Shown here piece after piece: positions 55,811-62,943 of a stretch of DNA of 64,000 nucleotides. Both the position numbers and the translations under genes were made by a program. Below the pieces are notes generated by a model, which was given only the letters and a program-made list of their open reading frames with translations, was not told the origin of the DNA and made no database searches. The stretch comes from Candidatus Kaiserbacteria bacterium (GTDB lineage Bacteria > Patescibacteriota > Minisyncoccia > Phycocordibacterales > Phycocordibacteraceae), in NCBI GenBank assembly GCA_026396675.1, contig JAPLWI010000014.1, forward strand, positions 376 to 64,375, given 5' to 3'. Numbering within the stretch: the stretch's first letter is position 1; every line of letters starts with the position of its first letter.

Positions 55811-56383
55811 ATGAAGAAAAGAATCCGTTATGGAAACGAGGTGCTGAAGTCGATTAAAGCTGGACTTCCAGGACTCTACAAACAGCACGTTAAGGGAAGG
55901 ACGGTTCAGTTCATTGAAGAACACAGGCCAACTAGATCCGATGATTGCTTAAATGGAAGAAAGGTCGGCCGTGTCAGAAAGGATCTCAAGTTGTTGTGGG
56001 CATTAGGCGAATTGTTCCGTAGACAGTATTCAGATTTTGTTGCTTCTTCTCATCGCGAAGTGAAGAAAGAGGAGATTCAAGACCCACAAAAAGTGTACGT
56101 AGAAATGCAGTACATGGCGATCTTTTCTTTGCACATTTTGTGTAACGCGCTGTTTTGGTCGGAAATCTTTGCTCGCTTTTGTGCGCTTCCCAAGAGCAGC
56201 TTCATTTCCACACAAACCGACTGGTCTATCCTCAATGTTGCGGACGAAGATATGCCAAAAGATTGGACGGAAGAACAAAAACCAGAACGTACAGCGGGTA
56301 AGTTGCTTACTCTCATTGTATTACAGATAGATATAATCAATTTCGCTGCATACGCGAATAGAGTAGTAGAAGAAAAAAGATGA
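55811..56383 (+). CDS. Hypothetical protein (inserted between imperfect direct repeats of the ctp 3' end)
   Basis: Strong RBS AAGGAAGGAG. 190 aa, no recognised domain. Followed by a terminator. Confidence 0.4.
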   Translation: MKKRIRYGNEVLKSIKAGLPGLYKQHVKGRTVQFIEEHRPTRSDDCLNGRKVGRVRKDLKLLWALGELFRRQYSDFVASSHREVKKEEIQDPQKVYVEMQYMAIFSLHILCNALFWSEIFARFCALPKSSFISTQTDWSILNVADEDMPKDWTEEQKPERTAGKLLTLIVLQIDIINFAAYANRVVEEKR

Positions 56384-56395
56384 GAAGTACCAGAA

Positions 56396-56424
56396 GGCAC
56401 CATGACACGGTGCCTTTGTTTTTT
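56396..56424 (+). terminator. Rho-independent terminator
   Basis: GGCACC-ATGACAC-GGTGCC hairpin followed by TTTGTTTTTT. Confidence 0.55.
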
Positions 56425-56550
56425 GCCTTGCGGGAGCGCGTGCCGTGCAGTTTCTCACGACAGGGAAGTAGAACTTGACGAGAAAGTTATTATCTGTTAA
56501 TAATAATACTGGACATTGTACATAAAATCTTTAGGAAAAGGAGGCATACT

Positions 56551-57018
56551 ATGGGTTTAAAGTTGGTTGTTGTTGTACGGCACGGAGAGGATCAAAAAAA
56601 TTCACTGACTCAGCGCGGTGAAGAACAGGTCTCAAAACTCGCAGAAGCGATAAAGACGAGGATTAACGGTTTCAGTAAAATAGCGATCCTTACCTCGCCT
56701 GTGAGACGCGCTACACAGACATCCAAAATTATTGGGCAAAAGATTGGCGTCAATCCTACCGAATGCAAAGAGTTGTGGTGGGATAAAAGCGAAGATGGCA
56801 AAATGCAAATGGAGGCGATCTGTGAAGCTGCAGGGAACTCCGATGTCGTCGTGGCAATCACGCATTTCGAGGCACATATAGGCATCGTAAGCGCCTTTCA
56901 CGAGAAGTTTTTCGGGGAAGAATTGTGGTGCCGGCGAGTCAGAGAGGGCCAAGGGATAGCTCTTTCGTTGTCAAGACCCGGCGCAGTTGATTACTTGCCG
57001 CGACCGCGCGAATTGTAG
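56551..57018 (+). CDS. Histidine phosphatase family protein (SixA/phosphoglycerate mutase-like)
   Basis: VVVRHGE (RHG catalytic motif) and LTQRGEEQ. About 155 aa, SixA-like size. Confidence 0.55.
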   Translation: MGLKLVVVVRHGEDQKNSLTQRGEEQVSKLAEAIKTRINGFSKIAILTSPVRRATQTSKIIGQKIGVNPTECKELWWDKSEDGKMQMEAICEAAGNSDVVVAITHFEAHIGIVSAFHEKFFGEELWCRRVREGQGIALSLSRPGAVDYLPRPREL

Positions 57019-57024
57019 ACAAAG

Positions 57025-57050
57025 GGCCGTCATTTTTTGACGGCCTTTTT
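57025..57050 (+). terminator. Rho-independent terminator
   Basis: GGCCGTCA-TTTTT-TGACGGCC, a perfect 8-bp stem, then TTTTTAATTTTT. Confidence 0.6.
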
Positions 57051-57100
57051 AATTTTTAGCCAGATTTGCGGAAATGTTCTAAACAAGATAAGATGGTTTT

Positions 57101-57544
57101 ATGAAAGTTATTTTACTGAAAGACGTGAAGGGAATCGGGCATGCACACGAGGCGATTGATACATCTGATGGTTACGCATTAAATTTTCTCATACCGAAAA
57201 AACTCGCGATTTCTGCAACTCCTGCTGCTCAACAGGAAGCCGAACTGCGCCGCAAACAGGCAATAAATCGCGCTGAACTTGACGCGAAACTTCTCGCACA
57301 AAATATCGCCGCGCTTGCCGAAGCGCGCATTGTGATTAGAGCGAAGGCAAATGAGAAAAGTCATCTATATGATGGAGTAGGGGAGCCCGAAATTAGCAAG
57401 GCCGTAAAAGAACAAGCGCGCATCGATGTACCAGAAGACGCAATAAAACTAGAAAAACCGATTAAAGAACTCGGCACTTTTGATATCCCAGTCGCTGCAG
57501 CTGGAGCATTTGGAAAATTCTCCATCACCATCGAGGCGGAGTGA
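57101..57544 (+). CDS. rplI: 50S ribosomal protein L9
   Basis: [13 protein letters not shown]...[10 protein letters not shown] matches the bL9 N-domain. Confidence 0.9.
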   Translation: MKVILLKDVKGIGHAHEAIDTSDGYALNFLIPKKLAISATPAAQQEAELRRKQAINRAELDAKLLAQNIAALAEARIVIRAKANEKSHLYDGVGEPEISKAVKEQARIDVPEDAIKLEKPIKELGTFDIPVAAAGAFGKFSITIEAE

Positions 57545-57641
57545 GGTGTTTCCTTACGGAGTAAGGTGACACCTCGCTCCGCGAGGAATCACCTCACGAC
57601 ATAAATAAGGAGACACCTCGTTCCACGAGGAGTCACCTTAT
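57541..57641. repeat. Tandem hairpin-containing repeats in the rplI-rpmA convergent intergenic region
   Basis: Two roughly 33-nt units, GGTGACACCTCGCTCCGCGAGGAATCACCTCAC and GGAGACACCTCGTTCCACGAGGAGTCACCTTAT, each with a CCTCG..CGAGG hairpin, plus an outer GAGGTGT/ACACCTC stem. Confidence 0.55.
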
Positions 57642-57644
57642 TTT

Positions 57645-57917
57645 CTAAACAACATCAACAACTTTTTTGGCGATAACGTGACCAGTAAAATTTGTCTTGC
57701 GTCGTGTGCGAAAAGCAACTTTGCCAGCGGCAATTGAGAACAATGTGTGATCGCGGCCGACACGTACATTCCTTCCTGCTTCAATCTTTGTGCCGCGCTG
57801 GCGGACGATAATCATACCTGGGCGAACTGTTGCGCCGTCAGCGAGCTTAACCCCGAGATATTTCGGGTTTGAATCGTTTAGGTTTTTCACCGATCCTCCA
57901 GCTTTTGTATGTGCCAT
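57645..57917 (-). CDS. rpmA: 50S ribosomal protein L27
   Basis: MAHTKAGGS...RQRGTK...G.NVG matches bL27. Confidence 0.95.
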   Translation of the reverse strand: MAHTKAGGSVKNLNDSNPKYLGVKLADGATVRPGMIIVRQRGTKIEAGRNVRVGRDHTLFSIAAGKVAFRTRRKTNFTGHVIAKKVVDVV

Positions 57918-57936
57918 AGTGGTATAGTTTTACCTG

Positions 57937-58317
57937 ATGACTATAGCAGAAGCTCGTGAGAAATGCAAAGGTTTTATGACGCGTATTCCGCGCGATGTTC
58001 TCATTATCGCGGTGCTTATCCTCGCCTCATTGGCGAGCTTTGGACTGGGATATTTAGCCGCCCCAATGCCGGAAGTTGCCTGTGCATTGAGTCAGCCAGT
58101 TGGGGCAGGGAATACGGAAGCTCTCAACGGAGAAGCAACATCGGCCCATTCGACAAGCTCAGGGCAAGCAGTAGGGAAGTATGTGGCATCAAAAAATGGC
58201 ACGAAATACTATCTAACATCATGCGCGGGAGCGAATAAGATTTCAGATGCGAATAAAGTGTGGTTTGCATCTGCAATTGAAGCAAAAGCGGCTGGCTATA
58301 CGCCAGCCGCTGTCTGA
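57937..58317 (+). CDS. Hypothetical membrane-anchored protein
   Basis: One TM helix. C-terminal KYH-like segment (NGTKYYLTSC...VWFASAIEAKAAGYTPA). Confidence 0.35.
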   Translation: MTIAEAREKCKGFMTRIPRDVLIIAVLILASLASFGLGYLAAPMPEVACALSQPVGAGNTEALNGEATSAHSTSSGQAVGKYVASKNGTKYYLTSCAGANKISDANKVWFASAIEAKAAGYTPAAV

Positions 58318-58900
58318 GTTTATCGAGGGCTTTGATATTATCAGCCGATATGGTCTCGCAGTTTCTTTTTTTGGTAGCGCCCGCACATCGTTTGAAAGTG
58401 ATGTTTATAAACATGCGGAAGAACTCGCCGCTCGTTTGGCGAAAAAAGGTTTTTCAGTAATTACCGGAGGCAGTTCTGGTGTTATGCAGGCCGCGAACAA
58501 AGGCGCGTTTGAATCAGGTGGTGTTTCGGTTGGATTAAATATTAATTTACCAGATACACAGGCCTTTAATCCGTACCTCACCGAACAGTTCGGATTCGAC
58601 CACTTCTTTGTGCGGAAGGTAATGCTCACATACGCTTCCGAGGTTTATGTTTATTTTCCTGGAGGATTTGGAACACTCAATGAATTTTTTGAAATTGTAA
58701 CACTTGTGCAAACCAAGAAGATTCGGAAAGTACCCCTCATCCTCTTCGGTAGGGAATACTGGGGACCCCTGCTCTCTTTCATTGAAAAAGTTCTATATGA
58801 AAAACATACGGCAATAAATAAAGAAGATATGAATTTGTATAAGTTAGTTGATTCGGTTGATGAAGCATACGAGTACATTATCGCGAACGTCTCTTGTTAA
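58247..58900 (+). CDS. LOG family protein (TIGR00730 Rossmann-fold nucleotide-binding / cytokinin riboside 5'-monophosphate phosphoribohydrolase-like)
   Basis: SVITGGSSGVMQAANKGA and PGGFGTLNE motifs. The ORF start overlaps the upstream gene by about 70 nt, and no internal ATG is available after 58317. Confidence 0.75.
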   Translation: MRIKCGLHLQLKQKRLAIRQPLSEFIEGFDIISRYGLAVSFFGSARTSFESDVYKHAEELAARLAKKGFSVITGGSSGVMQAANKGAFESGGVSVGLNINLPDTQAFNPYLTEQFGFDHFFVRKVMLTYASEVYVYFPGGFGTLNEFFEIVTLVQTKKIRKVPLILFGREYWGPLLSFIEKVLYEKHTAINKEDMNLYKLVDSVDEAYEYIIANVSC

Positions 58901-58916
58901 TAGGGAGTAGCTAGTT

Positions 58917-59036
58917 TAGGCGAGATCTGCCTAACGATAAACGTCGCACAATATATCTTTTACGACACCATGGTGTCGTAAAAGATAGGCAACATTTTGC
59001 AACAGCAGAAAGCACTGTCGCAAGAATGTTGCCTCC
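58917..59036. repeat. Cluster of three strong hairpins between LOG (+) and M23 peptidase (-)
   Basis: TTAGGC-GAGATC-TGCCTAA. A perfect 15-bp stem TCTTTTACGACACCA/TGGTGTCGTAAAAGA. AGGCAACATT...AATGTTGCCT, a 10-bp stem with a 28-nt loop. Confidence 0.55.
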
Positions 59037-59041
59037 CTGCC

Positions 59042-60370
59042 CTATAGATACGATAACGGATTCAAATATGCAGTTAACGTTGCCACCGGCATCGTTGCAT
59101 TTGCACATCCAGTGGATGCCCCACGGAATTGTTTAAGAGTCATAATTTCGGTACCTTCAGATGCATAAACGCCATAATGCAGATGCGGCCCAGTCGCATA
59201 GCCAGTCATACCCGAGAGGCCGATTATTTGTCCAACACTCACCTGCTGCCCTTTCCCAACATCGATGTTAGAGAGGTGAGCGTAAAGTGTGCTAATGCCG
59301 TTATTGTGTTTGATCATTACCCATTTGCCATAAGAATAACAACCTTTCACCAGATCTGTATTGCCAGTTGCCAAGATAGTACCACCACGCGATGCATATA
59401 TCGGCGTACCGATTGGCGCGGCGACATCAATTCCAGGATGTCCTCCGCTGTTGTACACTTGCGGATTTGCGGTTGCGAACGGAGTTGTACCGAAGTATTG
59501 AGAAATGCAAAAAAGATTTCCAAACGTACTTTTTCTTTGTGAACAATTAAACATGAACGCTGCGCTGAATGGCCAGGTAAGAACGCCTGATCCAACTTTA
59601 GGTAAAAGACCTGGATGTACGATTAAGTTCAATTGGCCCTGAAGGTCGGAAAGTTCTTGTTCAAATGATTTCTCCGCCGCCTTCTTCTGCGCGATTAACT
59701 TCTGATAACTTGATTCTTGATTTTTCGTATCTGAAAGAAGTTTCTGTTGCGCCGTCTTACTAGCATCCACAGATCGTTTCTGTAGAGTCAAATCATTTTT
59801 AAGCGATATAAGTTGCGTCTTTGCAGCAGTTACGGCATCACGGTCGATAGTTAATACTGTACGAACAGTTCGAAGATTGTCAATATTGTTTGAGAGTGCT
59901 CGATTAAACTGTATCGCCTTGTCAGTTTCTTGCCACGCCTCGCCAAGTGAGTCCGAAGAAATAAGTTCCGTGATGAGCGGTGTCTGTTCATTTTCGGCAA
60001 TACTCCGGAGTGCTTTTGAAATCGCGTCTTGGTTCTCAATAATAGATGTTTCTTTATTGCCAATAGAAAGGGTAAGTTGTTGTATTTGTAAATTTGCCGA
60101 AGCAATCTTATTTTGAGTTACTTGAATCTGTGTTGCTAATTGTTTTTGAGAAAGGGTAAGCGAACTGATTGTTGACTGGAGTGTATTTTTTTTCGTTCCA
60201 AGCGCATTAAGTTGATCTTGAAACGCAGCGATGTCCGCCTTAAGTGAGTCAAGTTGTCGATTATTTGCTTCAATTTTCGATTGAATATCTGATGCCGCAT
60301 CGGCATACGCAAATCTCGGTACGCCGAGAACGATACATACAAAGAATATAAAAAGCCCAATATGCTTCAT
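59042..60370 (-). CDS. M23 family peptidase with an N-terminal coiled-coil (EnvC-like) region
   Basis: Signal peptide, long coiled coil, and the LytM-type active site HPGIDVAAPIGTPIYA...GPHLHYGV. Confidence 0.85.
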   Translation of the reverse strand: MKHIGLFIFFVCIVLGVPRFAYADAASDIQSKIEANNRQLDSLKADIAAFQDQLNALGTKKNTLQSTISSLTLSQKQLATQIQVTQNKIASANLQIQQLTLSIGNKETSIIENQDAISKALRSIAENEQTPLITELISSDSLGEAWQETDKAIQFNRALSNNIDNLRTVRTVLTIDRDAVTAAKTQLISLKNDLTLQKRSVDASKTAQQKLLSDTKNQESSYQKLIAQKKAAEKSFEQELSDLQGQLNLIVHPGLLPKVGSGVLTWPFSAAFMFNCSQRKSTFGNLFCISQYFGTTPFATANPQVYNSGGHPGIDVAAPIGTPIYASRGGTILATGNTDLVKGCYSYGKWVMIKHNNGISTLYAHLSNIDVGKGQQVSVGQIIGLSGMTGYATGPHLHYGVYASEGTEIMTLKQFRGASTGCANATMPVATLTAYLNPLSYL

Positions 60371-61728
60371 TAAGATAGTATAGCAATTGCCTTTCGTATT
60401 CGCGAAATCGTTTCTTCTTTACCGAGAATTGAAATGAGCGTGAATGGATCAGGCGAACGGTCTTGTCCGGAAAGAGCGTAACGAAGAGGCCAAAGCATGG
60501 CTCCCCTACCACCCTTTCCTTTTTCCTCTTCGGCGTCGGCGAGCGGCATAAGCGCGTTCTTGACTATCTCAGCTGATAAATCGTTAGGAAGGGCTTCTAT
60601 GGCCCCAGAAAGGCCTTCTAAGGCCGTTTTAGTCATATTTGGGCAATCATTCAGCTCCTTGGCGATGAGCTTATTCGGGTCAAGTGCGGGTTCATTAAAC
60701 AGACATGAAAGTTCGTTTGAAAGCATATCTTGTGCTTCTTGAAATGTCTTCGCGCGTTCCTTCAGAAGCGGCACGGCTTTCTTCAGAATTTCTGAATTGA
60801 GGGACTTCGTAAATCCATCATCTGATGATGGATTTACGAAGTCCAAACATGCAAGGAATTTTTCATCAGAAAGTTGCCGCATCCAATGCTGATTGACTGA
60901 AAGAAGTTTCGTTTCATCAAAGATGGCGCTTCCCTTCTGCACGCGCGAAAGATCAAATGCTTCAATAAGTTCTTTTTGCGAAAGATATTCACGATCATCA
61001 CCGGGATTCCAGCCGAGGAAAGAAAGATAATTGAGCATCGCTTCAGGCAAAAATCCTAGATCGCGGTATTCAGTCAATGCCTTTGCACCAGTGCGTTTTG
61101 AGAGCTTTGTGCGATCACTGCCGAGAATGAGCGGTAAATGCGCATACATTGGCGTAGTAAAACCGAGTGCACGCTGAATAAGAATTTGGCGTGGAGTATT
61201 TGAAATATGATCCTCTCCGCGAATAACATGTGTTACATTTTCATCCGCATCATCAACGACAACCGCGAAGTGAAACACCGCCTCATCAAAAGATCGCGCG
61301 ATGACAAAATCGCCGAGGTCGCTTACATCCATCGTTATATTGCCGCGAATAATATCCGTAAAAGAAACTGCACCACCAGGATTTCTGAAACGGATGACCT
61401 CTTCCCTATCGCCTGGATTTTTTGGCGTCTCTTTAGAAATATACGCACTATCATCTGCAACAAGTTTTTCAAGAAGCTCGCGATAACGTATTTTGTGTTC
61501 GCTCTGGCGATACTGTTGATCAGCGGCAAGATTAAGCCACGCAAGCGCCTCTTTAATATTTGATTCATATTCAGGTTTTGATCTTGCAGAATCAGTATCC
61601 TCTATGCGCAAAATAAATGAGCCACCGGAATGTCTCGCGAAAAGATATGCGAATACAGCTGTTCTGTAATTTCCGGCATGCAAGAGGCCAGTTGGTGAAG
61701 GTGCGAAACGGGTAACAAAATTGCTCAT
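60370..61728 (-). CDS. gltX: Glutamyl-tRNA synthetase
   Basis: FAPSPTGLLHAGNYRTA (HIGH) and KLSKR (KMSKS). Carries the in-frame palindromic insertion (DFVNPSSDDGFTKS). Confidence 0.9.
   Translation of the reverse strand: MSNFVTRFAPSPTGLLHAGNYRTAVFAYLFARHSGGSFILRIEDTDSARSKPEYESNIKEALAWLNLAADQQYRQSEHKIRYRELLEKLVADDSAYISKETPKNPGDREEVIRFRNPGGAVSFTDIIRGNITMDVSDLGDFVIARSFDEAVFHFAVVVDDADENVTHVIRGEDHISNTPRQILIQRALGFTTPMYAHLPLILGSDRTKLSKRTGAKALTEYRDLGFLPEAMLNYLSFLGWNPGDDREYLSQKELIEAFDLSRVQKGSAIFDETKLLSVNQHWMRQLSDEKFLACLDFVNPSSDDGFTKSLNSEILKKAVPLLKERAKTFQEAQDMLSNELSCLFNEPALDPNKLIAKELNDCPNMTKTALEGLSGAIEALPNDLSAEIVKNALMPLADAEEEKGKGGRGAMLWPLRYALSGQDRSPDPFTLISILGKEETISRIRKAIAILS
60802..60844. repeat. Palindromic in-frame insertion element, copy C, inside gltX
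   Basis: GGACTTCGTAAATCCATCATC-T-GATGATGGATTTACGAAGTCC. Identical to copy D. Confidence 0.8.
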
Positions 61729-62864
61729 GATTCGTGCGAAAGCGCAATTTCCAATACTCCGCGCGCGAGTACGCGCGCGGCATCTGGATCTGTAAATCCC
61801 TCAGCAGAAGCGCCCATACTCTTCATGAGTTTTGGATCATTAATAATGCGATGAATCTCGGAAATAAGGAGATGCGGTGTGAGATTTTCTTCTTCAATAA
61901 CGGCCGTAGCTCCCGTCTTTGCATAAGCATATGCATTACTGCGCTGGTCATGACTCACTGATTCTGGAATCGGGATGAGAATAGATGGCTTCTTCCAAAG
62001 GCCAATCTCTGCAATGCTGTTTGCTCCAGCTCGCGAAACGACGATATCCGCAACACCAGCCGCTCTCTGCAAAGCCATTTCTGAAAGATAATTAACAGGA
62101 TGATACCGACTCATATGTTGGTTCTTCGCGAGCACAACTTGCGCGACCGCTTCTACGTTCTTGAAATTAGCTTGTCCTGTTTGGTGAATGACATTTGCGA
62201 AAGAAACAAGATCCGGCAACGACGAAAGTATTGATTCATTTATGCGCGTCGAGCCCTGTGAGCCGCCGAGAATGAGAACGGCCGGTATGTCTTTTTCTAG
62301 TTCTAGATATTGTCGTGCGCCTTCGCTTTCAATTCGCATAAGCGCTTTACGAATCGGTATTCCAGTTCGCGCGATTTTATTTCTTATTTTTTTGGGAAAA
62401 TATTCAGCCGCACTTTCAAATGAAATAGCAATTTTTGTAGCAAATTTTGCAGCGAGTAAATTCGCACGACCCGGTTTAGCATCTGACTCATGGACAATAA
62501 TCGGAATACGAAGGAATCGTGCAGCAAGTACAACTGGCACGCTCCCATAACCGCCCTTAGAAACTACAACATCCGGATACAAGCGAAAGAGGACTATGAG
62601 CGCATACACTGTTCCGAAAAAAGTGACGAACGAATCGGTGACATTCCAAAATGAAAAATAACGGCGTATCTTCCCTGCCGGTATGCGTATAAACGATATT
62701 CTATTTTCAAACAGCGCTTTTTCGTCAAAAGGATTAGGCGCTAGATAATAGAGTTTTGGTGCTATGAGTCGCTCCTCGCGAACTAGGTCTTCAAGTGCCT
62801 CAGCAATCGCAATAATCGGGTAGAAATGTCCTCCGCTCCCTGCGCTCGTAAATGCGATAGTCAT
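61725..62864 (-). CDS. murG: Undecaprenyldiphospho-muramoylpentapeptide beta-N-acetylglucosaminyltransferase MurG
   Basis: IAFTSAGSGGHFYP and GGSQGS motifs. The start is set at MTIAF (62864). The longer ORF start (62912) is an ATGATG created by the centre of palindrome copy D. Confidence 0.9.
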   Translation of the reverse strand: MTIAFTSAGSGGHFYPIIAIAEALEDLVREERLIAPKLYYLAPNPFDEKALFENRISFIRIPAGKIRRYFSFWNVTDSFVTFFGTVYALIVLFRLYPDVVVSKGGYGSVPVVLAARFLRIPIIVHESDAKPGRANLLAAKFATKIAISFESAAEYFPKKIRNKIARTGIPIRKALMRIESEGARQYLELEKDIPAVLILGGSQGSTRINESILSSLPDLVSFANVIHQTGQANFKNVEAVAQVVLAKNQHMSRYHPVNYLSEMALQRAAGVADIVVSRAGANSIAEIGLWKKPSILIPIPESVSHDQRSNAYAYAKTGATAVIEEENLTPHLLISEIHRIINDPKLMKSMGASAEGFTDPDAARVLARGVLEIALSHES

Positions 62865-62892
62865 GATGTGAGTATTATACAGCAAGATGTTG

Positions 62893-62935
62893 GGACTTCG
62901 TAAATCCATCATCTGATGATGGATTTACGAAGTCC
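62893..62935. repeat. Palindromic element, copy D, intergenic between ftsW and murG
   Basis: Identical 43-nt palindrome to copy C. Lies between the ftsW stop (62944) and the murG start. Confidence 0.8.
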
Positions 62936-62943
62936 ATCACATT

